NCBI GenBank assembly: GCA_044354355.1
Contig: JBILAD010000001.1
Coordinates: forward strand, 1 to 52,747
Direction: 5' to 3'
Length of the DNA stretch: 52,747 nt
From: Candidatus Planktophila sp.
GTDB lineage: Bacteria; Actinomycetota; Actinomycetes; Nanopelagicales; Nanopelagicaceae
The translations under genes were made by a program, and so were the position numbers. The notes under the pieces are model-generated. The model ran no database searches. It saw only the letters and a list, made by a program, of their open reading frames with translations, and had not been told where the DNA came from. Below, one piece after another: positions 1-11,641 of the stretch (within the stretch, counting starts at the first letter, position 1; every line of letters begins with the position of its first letter).

Positions 1-615
1 GCATTTCATTCACCTGTGGCTGTGCTAATTGATCCAAACTTCTTGACAACTTTATCTGACCGAGATTTTTCTGCTGGAATGGCTGAAGTAATTAAGTGTG
101 GTTTTATTTCAGATCCAGAGATTCTGACGCTAGCAGGCTCACATTCTGTGGCCACCTTGCGCAAGAGCTCAGAAGTGATTGCGGAGTTGATACAAAGAGC
201 CGTGTCGGTAAAGGCTGAAGTTGTTTCGGCAGATTTCAAAGAGAGTTTTGCTCGAGAAGCACTTAACTATGGCCACACCCTTGGGCATGCAATTGAGATT
301 CATTCAAAGTACCAACTTCGCCACGGTGAAGCAGTATCTATTGGTTTGGTATATGCCGCAGAGTTAGCTTCTGCTCGAGGGTTGATCTCTGCAGAGGAGC
401 TAGCGCTGCATCGATCAATTCTTTCTGCTTATGATCTACCTATTTCATTTGATAGACAATCATGGCAAAAGCTCGCACCTCTATTGGCTTTGGACAAAAA
501 AGCACGAGGCAACACCATCAGATTCGTTTCGCTCAAAGGTATCGGTGCCACTATCAGGCTTGAAGATTTAACCTCCGTCGAACTTGACTCAGCTTATGAG
601 AGAATTACTTCATGA
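1..615 (+). CDS. aroB: 3-dehydroquinate synthase (5'-truncated by window edge)
   Basis: GMAEVIKCG, LNYGHTLGHAIE, HGEAVSIG and DKK motifs; frame open from base 1. Confidence 0.95.
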   Translation, partial: AFHSPVAVLIDPNFLTTLSDRDFSAGMAEVIKCGFISDPEILTLAGSHSVATLRKSSEVIAELIQRAVSVKAEVVSADFKESFAREALNYGHTLGHAIEIHSKYQLRHGEAVSIGLVYAAELASARGLISAEELALHRSILSAYDLPISFDRQSWQKLAPLLALDKKARGNTIRFVSLKGIGATIRLEDLTSVELDSAYERITS

Positions 616-1046
616 AGTTACTCGTTGTAAATGGTCCAAATTTGTCGCGTTTGGATATTAGAGATTCTTCCATTTATGGAGATCTCAATTACGGGGAATT
701 GAAATCAATGATTGAAATTGCCGCCGGGAAGCACGGCTTTGAAGCCGATGTGCGCCAGAGCGATGATGAGGCAACAATCATTGGTTGGTTGCATGAGGCA
801 GCAGATAACAAAACTCCGGTGATCATCAATCCTGCGGCCTTTACCCATTATTCGTATGCGATTCGAGATGCAGCCGAACTCGTGAAATCACCTTTAATTG
901 AAGTCCATCTTTCTAATCCTTTATCCAGAGAAGAGTTTCGTCACACCTCTGTGATTTCGGGTGTAGCCAATGGAACTATTGGTGGATTTGGGCCTAATTC
1001 CTATGTTTTGGCCATCATTGCCATGGCAAATCTTCTTGCCAAGTAA
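612..1046 (+). CDS. aroQ: type II 3-dehydroquinate dehydratase
   Basis: NGPNL, INPAAFTHYS, EVHLSN and REEFRH motifs. Confidence 0.96.
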   Translation: MKLLVVNGPNLSRLDIRDSSIYGDLNYGELKSMIEIAAGKHGFEADVRQSDDEATIIGWLHEAADNKTPVIINPAAFTHYSYAIRDAAELVKSPLIEVHLSNPLSREEFRHTSVISGVANGTIGGFGPNSYVLAIIAMANLLAK

Positions 1047-1131
1047 CTAAGCACCCCTTTTGAGCAGGTATCCTTACGCCTTCAATTACTTTTGAACTAG
1101 ACCAAATCGATAAAGAGCGGGTGGATTAGCT

Positions 1132-1692
1132 GTGGCATCAACGAATGATCTAAAAAATGGAATGACACTTGATATTGAAGGTCAGCTGTGGACAGTTGTT
1201 GAATTCCAGCATGTAAAGCCCGGCAAGGGTCCAGCTTTCGTTCGTACGAAGCTGAAGTCAGTGCTGAGCGGAAAAGTTGTAGATCGCACATACAACGCCG
1301 GAGTAAAGATTGATATCGCAATCCTAGAAAAGCGTGAAATGCAGTACCTCTACAAAGAGGGTGATGATTTTGTCTTCATGGATACAAAGACATATGACCA
1401 GATGACGATTAGTGCAGCAACCGTCGGAGATGCCGCTAATTACATGTTGGAAAATACAGAAGCGATCGTTGCGGTAAATGAAGGCAATCCTTTATACATC
1501 GAACTTGCTGCATCTGTTCCATTAAAAATCACCTACACAGAGCCTGGAATCCAAGGAGATCGTTCGTCTGGCGGAACTAAGCCGGCAACTGTTGAAACCG
1601 GTATTGAAATCCAGGTTCCACTATTTATCAAACAAGACGAAGTTGTTCTTGTTGATACACGTGATGGGTCATACCAGGGTCGCGCTAACTAG
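1132..1692 (+). CDS. efp: elongation factor P
   Basis: HVKPGKG loop and [11 protein letters not shown]; GTG start. Confidence 0.97.
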   Translation: MASTNDLKNGMTLDIEGQLWTVVEFQHVKPGKGPAFVRTKLKSVLSGKVVDRTYNAGVKIDIAILEKREMQYLYKEGDDFVFMDTKTYDQMTISAATVGDAANYMLENTEAIVAVNEGNPLYIELAASVPLKITYTEPGIQGDRSSGGTKPATVETGIEIQVPLFIKQDEVVLVDTRDGSYQGRAN

Positions 1693-2114
1693 TGTCAGCT
1701 CGAAGTAAGGCACGTAAGCAGGCCTTGGATTTACTGTATGAAACAGATATCCGCGGAACTAACTTAGTTGAAACGCTGTTAGCGCGTGATATTCCCACTG
1801 AAGGCCCAGATGCTCGTCCAATCCGTGAATACACCCGTGAATTAGTCAACGGTGTATCTGATAATCGTCGAAAGATAGATGAGTTGATTACTACCTATGC
1901 ACAAGGCTGGGACATGGATCGTCTACCAGCGGTAGATCGAAACATCTTGCGCCTTGGTATCTATGAAATTCTTTGGTCAAATTCTGTTCCAACAAGTGTT
2001 GCCATTGATGAAGCATTGGATCTGGCGAAGGAACTGTCTAGTGATGATTCCTCAAAGTACATTCATGGGGTGCTTGGTCGTATTGCGAGCATTAAAGACA
2101 CTATTTCGATCTAG
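1692..2114 (+). CDS. nusB: transcription antitermination factor NusB
   Basis: ARSKARKQA, VDRNILRLG, IDEALDLAK; efp-nusB synteny. Confidence 0.95.
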   Translation: MSARSKARKQALDLLYETDIRGTNLVETLLARDIPTEGPDARPIREYTRELVNGVSDNRRKIDELITTYAQGWDMDRLPAVDRNILRLGIYEILWSNSVPTSVAIDEALDLAKELSSDDSSKYIHGVLGRIASIKDTISI

Positions 2115-2574
2115 GAAATCCGTACTCTGTTATTACTTTTTTGATTTCATCTTCGCCTAAGCCACTAAAAACCTGAAAGCTCTTGAGGTCTTGTGCTCGC
2201 AGAGAAATGACCTCACCATTCCAGTCACCACGCATGCGGGCTATATTTCTAATGATTTCAGTAATTTTCTGGGCTGAAGGGTTTGATGTCGTAAGTATTT
2301 TCCTTACATCGATACTGATTCGTTCTTCGGGCATAAAATTTCGAGGTGCTTCAAAGAGATCTGAAATTGGTATTGCATACAGATTCGCTATTGCGATTAA
2401 CTTGTGGGCACTTACCGAACGATCTCCGCGTTCGTAAGAGCCCAATGCAATGGCTGAAATCTGACCCTTTGATAGTTTCGCAGCCTGAATAAGGGTGAGG
2501 TGGCGTGATTCCCTGATGAGCCGCATCCTGGTGTGTAATGTTTCGATTTGTGTCTGAGCGTGAATAGTTTCCAT
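2101..2574 (-). CDS. bldD: BldD-family XRE-HTH transcriptional regulator
   Basis: GSYERGDR recognition helix; C-terminal RGD-X8-RxxD; position between nusB and pyrR as in Streptomyces. ATG 2574 chosen because TATCGT lies 7 nt upstream. Confidence 0.85.
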   Translation of the reverse strand: METIHAQTQIETLHTRMRLIRESRHLTLIQAAKLSKGQISAIALGSYERGDRSVSAHKLIAIANLYAIPISDLFEAPRNFMPEERISIDVRKILTTSNPSAQKITEIIRNIARMRGDWNGEVISLRAQDLKSFQVFSGLGEDEIKKVITEYGFPRSK

Positions 2575-2657
2575 GCTGATGACGATATTGCTACACAGAG
2601 ACTTGACCATTTCGATATCCACAAGCCAGCTCAATCAATGCTAATATCCGTCCTGCA

Positions 2658-2692
2658 TCCTTTAACGACCCATCCTGAGAGGTGGGAAAGGA
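2658..2692 (+). promoter_or_regulatory. PyrR-binding RNA stem-loop overlapping the pyrR Shine-Dalgarno
   Basis: TCCTTTAAcgaCCCATCCTGAGAGGTGGGAAAGGA: CUUUAA element, CCUGAGAGG loop, TCCTTT/AAAGGA basal stem; -10-like TAATAT at 2642-2647. Confidence 0.88.
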
Positions 2693-2699
2693 GATTTAC

Positions 2700-3233
2700 A
2701 TGAGCGTAGCCCTGTCCGCACAAGACATCACACGTGCGTTGACCCGTATTTCCCACGAGATCCTTGAGAGAAACCAAGGATCATCAAACATAGTTCTTCT
2801 CGGTATTCCTACTCGCGGCGCACATATCGCTGGTCGTATTTCAGCGATGATCACCGCCATAGAGGGTAGTGAAGTGCCTACTGGAACTCTGGATATCACC
2901 TTGTTTCGTGATGATTTAAGAATGCGTCCTCCGCGGGCGATCATGCCTACCAAGATCCCAACATCGGGGATCGAAGGCAAAGATGTGATTTTGGTTGATG
3001 ATGTCTTGTTTTCAGGACGAACCATTAGGGCAGCGTTAGATGCTTTAGGTGAAATTGGACGTCCTCGCACTGTGCAATTAGCAGCATTAGTGGATCGTGG
3101 CCATCGGGAGCTTCCTATTAAGGCCGATTTCATTGGTAAAAATCTTCCGACGTCAAAGAACCAATCAGTCAAAGTATTGCTGAGTGAGATTGATGGAAGA
3201 GATGAAGTAACGATTGAAGAGGGAACAGAATAA
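2700..3233 (+). CDS. pyrR: pyrimidine operon regulator / uracil phosphoribosyltransferase PyrR
   Basis: [44 protein letters not shown]; SD AAGGAG before ATG 2700. Confidence 0.96.
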   Translation: MSVALSAQDITRALTRISHEILERNQGSSNIVLLGIPTRGAHIAGRISAMITAIEGSEVPTGTLDITLFRDDLRMRPPRAIMPTKIPTSGIEGKDVILVDDVLFSGRTIRAALDALGEIGRPRTVQLAALVDRGHRELPIKADFIGKNLPTSKNQSVKVLLSEIDGRDEVTIEEGTE

Positions 3234-4180
3234 TGAGACACCTTCTTTCAATTTCTGACCTTAGTAAATCAGATGCGATTTCTATTCTTGATACGGCAGC
3301 AGAGTTAGCCAGGGTTAGCGATGGCGCTGTAAAGAAGCTGCCGACACTTCGCGGACGCACTATCGTCAATCTATTTGCGGAGGATTCAACTCGCACACGT
3401 ATTTCCTTTGAAGCAGCAGCAAAGAGGTTGTCGGCAGATGTCATTAATTTTTCGGCAAAAGGTTCAAGTCTTAGCAAAGGTGAATCACTCAAAGACACAG
3501 CTATGACACTTCAAGCTATGGGCGCAGATGCCGTGGTGATTCGTCATCCAGCTTCGGGTGCGGCACAAAGATTGGCTGATTCAGAGTGGATGTCTGGCAG
3601 TGTGGTGAATGCTGGTGATGGTACCCATGAACATCCAAGCCAAGCGTTATTAGATGCGTTTACGATTCGCAAACACTTAGGTATGGGTGGAAGTGACCTA
3701 TCAGGTTTAAGTGTTGCAATAGTTGGAGATATCTTGCATTCACGTGTTGCCAGGTCCAACGTCTTGCTGCTCTCACTTTTGGGGGCAAAAGTTACTCTGG
3801 TTGCTCCACCAACTTTGCTACCAGTAGGGATTCACAACTGGCCTGCAACAGTTTCTTATGATTTGGATTCAGTTATTCCTCATGTTGATGTCGTGATGAT
3901 GTTGCGTGTTCAGCAAGAAAGAATGTCTGACCTTTTCTTTCCAAATGCGCGTGAGTATTCACGTTACTTTGGCCTAAATGCCGAGCGGATGTCCACCATG
4001 AAATCAGGTGCGATTGTTATGCACCCAGGGCCGATGAACAGAGGTCTTGAGATTTCAGCTGAAGTGGCCGATAGCGCCCGTTCTGTAATTACGGAGCAGG
4101 TAACAAATGGAGTTAGCGTGCGAATGGCAATTCTCTACGTCTTACTTGCTGGTGGAGCCTTAGAAGTTGGGAGCAATTAA
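3233..4180 (+). CDS. pyrB: aspartate carbamoyltransferase catalytic subunit
   Basis: [27 protein letters not shown]. Confidence 0.97.
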   Translation: MRHLLSISDLSKSDAISILDTAAELARVSDGAVKKLPTLRGRTIVNLFAEDSTRTRISFEAAAKRLSADVINFSAKGSSLSKGESLKDTAMTLQAMGADAVVIRHPASGAAQRLADSEWMSGSVVNAGDGTHEHPSQALLDAFTIRKHLGMGGSDLSGLSVAIVGDILHSRVARSNVLLLSLLGAKVTLVAPPTLLPVGIHNWPATVSYDLDSVIPHVDVVMMLRVQQERMSDLFFPNAREYSRYFGLNAERMSTMKSGAIVMHPGPMNRGLEISAEVADSARSVITEQVTNGVSVRMAILYVLLAGGALEVGSN

Positions 4181-5488
4181 ATGACAACTGCTGATTATTT
4201 GCTTAAAGGTATCTCACTACCTGATGGGACCAAGACCGATGTTGCGATTGCTGGCGGTCTCATTTCATCAATGAGTTCTGATTTCAAAGGTGAAGTTAAG
4301 GTTGTTATAGATGCCAAGGATTGCGTTGTATTACCGGGCCTAGTTGATTTACATACACACCTACGTGAGCCAGGGCGAGAAGATGCCGAGACTGTTTTAA
4401 GTGGAAGTCGTGCTGGTGTCAAAGGTGGTTTCACCGCAGTTTCTGCGATGGCCAACACTTCACCCGTTGCAGATACAGCAGGTGTTGTTGAGCAGGTTTA
4501 TAGATTGGGTCAAGAGGCGGGATTGTTAGATGTCTTCCCGATTGGTGCGGTTACGCAAGGGCTAAAGGGTGAAGCCTTATCTGAAATAGGTGCAATGGCA
4601 GATTCGGTTGCTCGAGTGCGTGTATTTAGTGATGATGGCAACTGTGTTTCTGATCCGCTGGTAATGAGACGAGCGCTGGAATACATCAAAAAGTTTGGGG
4701 GAGTAATCGCTCAACACGCACAGGATCCAAGGATGACTGTGGGATCGCAAATGAATGAAGGCGAAATGTCGGCCAGGTTAGGTCTTAAAGGTTGGCCTGC
4801 TGTTGCAGAAGAGGCAATCATCGCCCGTGATGTTTTACTTGCCGATCACGTTAAATCTCGTTTACACATCTGTCACTTAACGACAGCAGGTGGCGTTGAG
4901 ATAATTCGCTGGGCTAAAGCCCGCGGAATTGATGTGACTGCTGAAGTAACACCACATCACCTTCTTCTGACAGATGATTTAGCTAGTTCGTATGACCCGG
5001 TCTATAAGGTCAATCCACCATTGCGAACTGAGGCCGATGTTCATGCACTGCGTGAGGCGTTAGCTGATGGAACGATTGACATCGTGGCCACAGATCATGC
5101 ACCGCATCCAACTGAAGCCAAAGAATGCGAATGGCAAGAAGCAGCATTTGGAATGCTTGGGCTTGAAACAGCTCTGTCTATTGTTCAAAGAACTATGGTC
5201 GATAACGGTTTGCTCAATTGGAGCCAAGTTGCCGATCGAATGTCGATCACTCCAGCACGAATCGGTGGATACGAAAATCATGGACAACCGTTGGCCGTTG
5301 GGTCTGTAGCCAATCTTGTTGTGATCAATCCAACGAGAAAATGGACCGTTGACCGCGATTTAGTTCTATCAAAGTCCTCTAATACTCCATACCATGGCCA
5401 TGAATTGCCAGGTGTAATCACTCATACCTTCTTTAAGGGTGAGGCAACGTATAGCAACGGAATCGTTTCTTCTATGGGAGGCAAGTAA
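4181..5488 (+). CDS. pyrC: dihydroorotase
   Basis: [24 protein letters not shown]. Confidence 0.96.
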   Translation: MTTADYLLKGISLPDGTKTDVAIAGGLISSMSSDFKGEVKVVIDAKDCVVLPGLVDLHTHLREPGREDAETVLSGSRAGVKGGFTAVSAMANTSPVADTAGVVEQVYRLGQEAGLLDVFPIGAVTQGLKGEALSEIGAMADSVARVRVFSDDGNCVSDPLVMRRALEYIKKFGGVIAQHAQDPRMTVGSQMNEGEMSARLGLKGWPAVAEEAIIARDVLLADHVKSRLHICHLTTAGGVEIIRWAKARGIDVTAEVTPHHLLLTDDLASSYDPVYKVNPPLRTEADVHALREALADGTIDIVATDHAPHPTEAKECEWQEAAFGMLGLETALSIVQRTMVDNGLLNWSQVADRMSITPARIGGYENHGQPLAVGSVANLVVINPTRKWTVDRDLVLSKSSNTPYHGHELPGVITHTFFKGEATYSNGIVSSMGGK

Positions 5489-6603
5489 TGTCTAGTGCAT
5501 ACCTTGTCCTTGACGATGGCCGAATTTTTGAAGGGACATCGTGGGCGGCTACCGGAAAAACATTTGGAGAAGCAGTTTTTCAGACGGGGATGACTGGATA
5601 TCAAGAAACATTAACAGATCCCTCTTATCACAAACAGGTCGTTGTAATGACTGCTCCACACATTGGAAACACTGGTGTGAATGATGCAGATAATGAATCA
5701 GCAAGAATTTGGGTGGCTGGCTTTGTTGTGCGAAATCCATCATCGATTACTTCCAACTGGCGAGCTCAAAATGATTTAGAGTCAGAGTTAATTGCTCAGG
5801 GCGTTGTTGGTATCCAAGGTGTTGATACTCGCGCAATCACGCGCCATCTTCGCGATCGTGGCGCTATGCGAGTTGGAATCTTTTCTGGCTTAGATCTTTC
5901 GCGTGAAGAAATGGTTGTGGAAGTTCGCAAGGCAGAGGCGATGGCTGGTGCATACTTAGTGCGCGATGTTTCAACGCCAGAAACTGTAGTTATTCCCGCG
6001 ATTGGTAAGAAAAAATTTACTGTCGCAGCATTGGACTTGGGTATAAAGGGAGCAACACCTCGAGCCTTAGCAGAGCGTGGTGTTGAGGTGCATGTAATGC
6101 CTTTTGATTCTTCAGCCGAGGCGATCATGTCCATTAAGCCCGATGGAGTCTTCTTATCTAATGGTCCAGGCGATCCTTCGACTATGACAGATGTGATTGA
6201 GGTAGTCCGCGAATTACTTCTGGCTGAGATCCCGCTTTTTGGAATATGTTTTGGTCATCAAATTTTGGGACGAGCTTTAGGATTTGAAACATATAAGTTG
6301 CAGTTTGGACATCGTGGAATTAATCAGCCGGTAATGGATAAGAACACAGGCAAAGTTGAGATCACAGCCCACAATCATGGTTTTGCAGTCAAAGCACCGA
6401 CTGATGTTGAGTTTGCAACTGTCTTTGGACGCGGAGAAGTTACTCATACCTGTCTCAATGATGGAGTCGTTGAAGGTTTACAACTTCTTGATCGTCCAGC
6501 CTTTTCAGTTCAATATCACCCAGAGGCTGCGGCCGGTCCCCATGATGCCGCCTATTTATTCGATCGATTCATAGATCTCATGTCAAAGAAGGTGCTTGCC
6601 TAA
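5488..6603 (+). CDS. carA: carbamoyl-phosphate synthase small subunit
   Basis: [28 protein letters not shown]. Confidence 0.97.
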   Translation: MSSAYLVLDDGRIFEGTSWAATGKTFGEAVFQTGMTGYQETLTDPSYHKQVVVMTAPHIGNTGVNDADNESARIWVAGFVVRNPSSITSNWRAQNDLESELIAQGVVGIQGVDTRAITRHLRDRGAMRVGIFSGLDLSREEMVVEVRKAEAMAGAYLVRDVSTPETVVIPAIGKKKFTVAALDLGIKGATPRALAERGVEVHVMPFDSSAEAIMSIKPDGVFLSNGPGDPSTMTDVIEVVRELLLAEIPLFGICFGHQILGRALGFETYKLQFGHRGINQPVMDKNTGKVEITAHNHGFAVKAPTDVEFATVFGRGEVTHTCLNDGVVEGLQLLDRPAFSVQYHPEAAAGPHDAAYLFDRFIDLMSKKVLA

Positions 6604-9600
6604 TGGGTCTTGATACAACGATCAAAAGTGTTCTTGTAATTGGTAGCGGACCTATCGTTATTGGTCAGGCTTGCGAATTTGATTATTCAGGAACTCAAGC
6701 TTGTCGTGTGCTTCGCGCCGAGGGAATTCGTGTCATCCTGATTAACTCGAATCCAGCCACGATTATGACTGATCCAGAATTTGCTGATGCAACATATATA
6801 GAGCCCATCACACCAGAAATAATCGAGCGAATCATTGCGCATGAGAAGCCAGATGCAGTTCTGGCCACTCTGGGTGGTCAAACAGCTTTGAATGCAGCTA
6901 TTGGACTCTATGAGCGCGGCACTTTGAAGAAGTATGGCGTGAAACTTATCGGCGCCGATGTTGATGCAATTCATCGCGGCGAGAATCGCGAATTGTTTCG
7001 TGGAATCGTTGAGAAGGTCGGGGGCGAATCAGCTAAGTCCACAATTTGCCACACAATGGAAGAAATTATGGATGCAGTAGTTGTCCTTAATTATCCAGTT
7101 GTAGTTCGCCCATCTTTTACTATGGGTGGATTAGGTTCAGGAATCGCCTTTAACGAAGCAGAGCTTCGACAGATTGCAGGGGCAGGCTTGCGCCACAGTC
7201 CTACCTCAGAAGTGTTGCTTGAAGAGTCGATTATCGGATGGAAAGAGTATGAGCTAGAGGTTATGCGTGATCGTAAAGATAACGTTGTAATCGTTTGTTC
7301 TATTGAAAATCTTGATCCTATGGGTGTTCACACAGGGGATTCGATAACAGTCGCCCCGGCTATGACCTTGACTGATGTTGAATATCAAAAGCTGCGCGAT
7401 CTTTCAATGGACATCATCCGAGAAGTAGGTGTTGATACTGGCGGCTGCAATATTCAATTCGCAGTAAATCCTGACAACGGTCGGATCATTGTTATTGAGA
7501 TGAATCCTAGAGTTTCCCGTTCGAGCGCTTTGGCTTCTAAAGCAACCGGGTTTCCAATAGCAAAGATTGCAACGAAGTTAGCTATCGGTTACACAATGGA
7601 TGAAATCCAGAATGACATCACAAAAGTCACGCCGGCATCCTTTGAACCTACCTTGGATTATATTGTGGTGAAGGTTCCTCGTTTTGCATTCGAAAAGTTT
7701 GCAGATGCAGACCCTCGTCTAACAACAACCATGAAAAGCGTCGGCGAGGCCATGGCTATTGGTCGATCCTTCTCTGAGGCGCTCATGAAGGCTCTGAGAT
7801 CCCTAGAGCGTAAAGAAGCGATCTTCTCGTGGCCTGTAATAAGCGCGACCGAGTTGTCATCCCTTATGCAAGCGATGCGAATTCCTACCGAATACAGGTT
7901 ACAACAGGTGCAAAAGGCGATGTGGGCAGGTGCGAACATTGAGCAGGTCTATGAAGCAACAAAAATTGATCGATGGTACTTACGGCAAATTGAAATCATT
8001 AATGAGCAAGCATCGGTTATTGCGTTGCCGGGGGAGCTCTCAAAAGAGCTACTTCGGACAGCAAAGATGCAAGGCTTTTCAGATGCGCAAATTGGTTTAT
8101 TGCGTGGGGTTCCAGAGGATGAGGTTCGTAAGGCTCGTCATCACTTAGGCGTCAGACCGGTTTACAAAACGGTAGATACATGTGCTGCTGAATTTGAGGC
8201 ATTCACACCGTATTACTACTCAAGTTATGAGGAAGAGACTGAGGTTCGTCCACGAACTACTCCAGCTGTAATAATTTTGGGTAGTGGGCCTAACCGCATT
8301 GGTCAAGGAATTGAGTTTGATTATTCATGTGTTCATGCTTCTTTCACATTACGTGAAGCTGGATTTGAAACAATCATGATCAACTGCAACCCTGAAACGG
8401 TTTCAACAGATTATGACACGAGTAACCGCTTGTACTTTGAACCACTAACTCTTGAAGATGTTCTGGAAGTGGTCCATGCTGAAACACTTGCGGGCCCAGT
8501 TCTCGGAGTCATAACGCAATTAGGTGGACAGACTCCACTTGGTTTGGCTGCTGGATTAAAAGCAAATGGAGTCACGATCCTTGGAACCTCACCCGAATCA
8601 ATCAATCTTGCGGAAGAGCGTGGTGCTTTTGGAAATATCCTTGCCGAACAAGGTCTTACGGCGCCGCAATTCGGAATGGCTTCATCGCAGTTAGAAGCAA
8701 CCACTATCGCGCATGAAATTGGTTACCCGGTATTGGTCAGACCTTCTTTTGTACTGGGTGGACGCGGAATGGAAATTGTTTACGATGATGCCGCTCTCGG
8801 AGGATTCATCACACGAGCAACAGATATCACGCCTGATCATCCAGTCTTAGTAGATAGATTCTTGGACAATGCGATAGAAATAGATGTTGATGCTTTGTTT
8901 GATGGTCATGAGCTTTTCTTAGGTGGCGTGATGGAGCATATTGAAGAGGCGGGTATTCACAGCGGTGATAGCGCTTGCGTTCTGCCATCGATGACAGTGT
9001 CAGATGAACAACGCGCAGAGATAAAGGTAGCAACAGAGAGGATTGCTCGTGGTGTTGATGTTCGTGGTTTGATCAATATTCAATTCGCTATTGCTGACAA
9101 CTCTCTTTATGTTCTAGAGGCAAATCCACGAGCATCACGAACGGTGCCATTTGTTAGTAAGGCAACAGGGGTTGCGTTAGCAAAGGCCGCTGCGAGAATC
9201 TCAGTGGGCGCAACGATTGCTGAACTACGCGCTGAAGGAATGCTTCCAGCCACTGGTGACGGAGTCGCTCGTGGGGTCTCAGTCAAAGAAGCTGTCCTGC
9301 CTTGGAATCGTTTCCGTCGCACTGATGGCAGAGGCGTCGATGCAGTTTTAGGACCAGAGATGCGTTCAACCGGTGAGGTCATGGGTATTTCTCCAACCTT
9401 TGGTGAGAGTTATGCGAAAAGTCAGATCGCAGCTTTTGGTCCATTACCTAAGTCAGGAACAGTATTTATTTCCTTGGCAGATAAAGATAAGAGCACTGGA
9501 ATTGAACCTGCGAAGGGTTTTTCTGACCTCGGATTCCATATCCTTGCTACAGATGGAACAGCGCTCTACTTGCAAAAGCACGGAATAGAGTGCACGACGG

Positions 9601-9863
9601 TTCGTAAGAATTCTGAAGGAACTGGTGCCATGGGTGAAAAAACCATCGTGGACATTATTAACGCCGGTGAGATTGATTTAGTGATTAATACCCCGGTTGG
9701 CCGTGGAACACGCGCAGATGGTTGGGCAATTAGAACCGCTGCTGTGCAACGATCTATCCCATGTATAACAACGACGGCTGGATTTAGTGCTGCTGTGGAT
9801 GCAATTACCTTCCTGCAAAGCAGCCCGCTAAGCGTTAAATCATTGCAAGAGTGGTTGGCTTAG
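6603..9863 (+). CDS. carB: carbamoyl-phosphate synthase large subunit
   Basis: [17 protein letters not shown], duplicated ATP-grasp halves, C-terminal MGS domain. Confidence 0.98.
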   Translation: MGLDTTIKSVLVIGSGPIVIGQACEFDYSGTQACRVLRAEGIRVILINSNPATIMTDPEFADATYIEPITPEIIERIIAHEKPDAVLATLGGQTALNAAIGLYERGTLKKYGVKLIGADVDAIHRGENRELFRGIVEKVGGESAKSTICHTMEEIMDAVVVLNYPVVVRPSFTMGGLGSGIAFNEAELRQIAGAGLRHSPTSEVLLEESIIGWKEYELEVMRDRKDNVVIVCSIENLDPMGVHTGDSITVAPAMTLTDVEYQKLRDLSMDIIREVGVDTGGCNIQFAVNPDNGRIIVIEMNPRVSRSSALASKATGFPIAKIATKLAIGYTMDEIQNDITKVTPASFEPTLDYIVVKVPRFAFEKFADADPRLTTTMKSVGEAMAIGRSFSEALMKALRSLERKEAIFSWPVISATELSSLMQAMRIPTEYRLQQVQKAMWAGANIEQVYEATKIDRWYLRQIEIINEQASVIALPGELSKELLRTAKMQGFSDAQIGLLRGVPEDEVRKARHHLGVRPVYKTVDTCAAEFEAFTPYYYSSYEEETEVRPRTTPAVIILGSGPNRIGQGIEFDYSCVHASFTLREAGFETIMINCNPETVSTDYDTSNRLYFEPLTLEDVLEVVHAETLAGPVLGVITQLGGQTPLGLAAGLKANGVTILGTSPESINLAEERGAFGNILAEQGLTAPQFGMASSQLEATTIAHEIGYPVLVRPSFVLGGRGMEIVYDDAALGGFITRATDITPDHPVLVDRFLDNAIEIDVDALFDGHELFLGGVMEHIEEAGIHSGDSACVLPSMTVSDEQRAEIKVATERIARGVDVRGLINIQFAIADNSLYVLEANPRASRTVPFVSKATGVALAKAAARISVGATIAELRAEGMLPATGDGVARGVSVKEAVLPWNRFRRTDGRGVDAVLGPEMRSTGEVMGISPTFGESYAKSQIAAFGPLPKSGTVFISLADKDKSTGIEPAKGFSDLGFHILATDGTALYLQKHGIECTTVRKNSEGTGAMGEKTIVDIINAGEIDLVINTPVGRGTRADGWAIRTAAVQRSIPCITTTAGFSAAVDAITFLQSSPLSVKSLQEWLA

Positions 9864-10700
9864 ATGGCTCAGATCAACAAAAGCGCTCAGCAGCTATTGA
9901 CACCGATTGTTAGCAATAAAAAAGTCGGGCAATATCATCAGATAATCATTAACGTTGGCGATCTGGCAAGGCTGTGCAAACCAGGAAACTTTGTTGCAAT
10001 CAATGTTGGTGGTGATACCTCCAGCATGATTTTACGGAGAGCTTTTGCCATCTCACGTGTTTCAGTAAATTCCTCATTCGGTGGCACCATGGAACTCATT
10101 GTTGCCCCACATGGTCAAGGCAGTAAGTGGTTATGTGCACAAGGTGAAGGTGTTGTCCTAGACATTGTTGCGCCGCTAGGAACTGCTTTCGGAATTCCGA
10201 CTGAACCAGTTCCAGTCCTATTGGTGGGCGGCGGATATGGATCTGCGCCACTGTTTGGCCTAGCAGAAGTACTTAACGCTCGTGGTTGCAGAGTAGACAT
10301 GATTTTAGGCGCAAGTACCGCCTCAAAGATTTATGCTCCGATGGAAGGCAAGCGCGCAGTGAATTCAATGCGCATTTACACCGAAGATGGATCAATGGGA
10401 CAAGCAGGCCGTGTAACTGATCCAATCCCTGAAATAATCAAAGATTTGGATATTGCGGTTGTGTATTCCTGCGGTCCTATGCCGATGTTATCTGCGATCA
10501 CAAAGATAACTGATGAATTCTCTGTCGTGCATCAATGTGCAGTGGAAGAGGCCATGGCTTGTGGGATAGGCGTGTGCATGACTTGCGTCTTGCCGGTTGA
10601 AAATGAGGATGGAACTGTCTCCATGCTTCGTTCGTGCATTGATGGTCCAGTGATGGATGGCTCTAAAGTTCAATGGAACTTAGTTGGTAAACATTTATGA
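9864..10700 (+). CDS. pyrK: dihydroorotate dehydrogenase electron transfer subunit
   Basis: FNR-like GGGYGSAP and CGPMPM; 2Fe-2S motif MACGIGVCMTC...C..GPV. Confidence 0.92.
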   Translation: MAQINKSAQQLLTPIVSNKKVGQYHQIIINVGDLARLCKPGNFVAINVGGDTSSMILRRAFAISRVSVNSSFGGTMELIVAPHGQGSKWLCAQGEGVVLDIVAPLGTAFGIPTEPVPVLLVGGGYGSAPLFGLAEVLNARGCRVDMILGASTASKIYAPMEGKRAVNSMRIYTEDGSMGQAGRVTDPIPEIIKDLDIAVVYSCGPMPMLSAITKITDEFSVVHQCAVEEAMACGIGVCMTCVLPVENEDGTVSMLRSCIDGPVMDGSKVQWNLVGKHL

Positions 10701-11641
10701 GCAGCTTAGATTTTTCAACCACCATCGGAAACGTTTGGTTTCCGGCTCCGACATTTACCGCCAGTGGATGTGCAAGTTCAGGTCGGGAGTTGGCGCAGTT
10801 TTTCCCATTACGCGAAATGGGCGGAATAGTTACTAAGTCTGTGATGTCTAAGGTGCGCACGGGACGACCAACACCACGTATGGCTGAAACCCCGAGTGGA
10901 ATGCTCAATTCAATTGGCTTACAAGGCCCAGGCATTGATGCCTTTATTGCAAAAGATATTCCCTATTTGACCGAGCAAAAAGCTCGAATAATTGTCTCGA
11001 TAGCCGGAGAAACTGTCGAGGAGTATTCAACTCTTGCTAGGAAACTGCGTTCTGTTTCGGGAATAAGTGCGATTGAGGTAAATATTTCTTGTCCCAATGT
11101 TGAAAATCGAGGACTTGTTTTTGCCTGCGATCCAGAAGCTTCAAGGCGTGTTATCGATGGCGTTCGTCGAACTATTGGGGGAGAGCTTCCGATTATTGCC
11201 AAGCTTTCACCAGATGTAACTGATTTGGTGTCGATCGCTCGTGGTGTTGTTGATGCCGGGGCCGATGGTTTAGCGCTAATCAACACAGTTCTTGGAATGG
11301 TTATTAACGTTGACACGATGAGACCACATTTAGGCGGTAAGACAGGTGGACTTTCTGGTCCAGCAATTAGACCTATAGCTGTCCGTGCTGTTTACCAAGT
11401 CCATGCAGCCATGCCACAAGTTCCTATTTTAGGAATGGGCGGCGTTGCAACTGGAAAGGATGCCTTGGAAATGATTTTGGCTGGCGCTAGTGGCGTCTCA
11501 ATTGGTACAGCTAACTTCGGTAATCCAACAGCAATAATGAAGATTCAAAATGAACTAAAGCAATTATTGATTGATCGCGGTTTCACCTCGCTTAAGCAAG
11601 CTATTGGATATGCGCATCGAGCAGAAACGGAAAACAACTAA
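10697..11641 (+). CDS. pyrD: dihydroorotate dehydrogenase family 1B catalytic subunit
   Basis: MLNSIGLQGPG, EVNISCPN (Cys base), GGLSGPAIRP. Confidence 0.95.
   Translation: MSSLDFSTTIGNVWFPAPTFTASGCASSGRELAQFFPLREMGGIVTKSVMSKVRTGRPTPRMAETPSGMLNSIGLQGPGIDAFIAKDIPYLTEQKARIIVSIAGETVEEYSTLARKLRSVSGISAIEVNISCPNVENRGLVFACDPEASRRVIDGVRRTIGGELPIIAKLSPDVTDLVSIARGVVDAGADGLALINTVLGMVINVDTMRPHLGGKTGGLSGPAIRPIAVRAVYQVHAAMPQVPILGMGGVATGKDALEMILAGASGVSIGTANFGNPTAIMKIQNELKQLLIDRGFTSLKQAIGYAHRAETENN

Noticed and set aside
2575-2657. Possible BldD autoregulatory box in the bldD-pyrR spacer
   Set aside because: No convincing TNAC-N5-GTNA palindrome found by eye
2696-3241. 181-aa antisense ORF over pyrR, and similar shadow ORFs (e.g. 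11904-12323, 25729-26211, 45216-45731)
   Set aside because: They lie opposite well-conserved genes and have no recognisable motifs; typical antisense shadows
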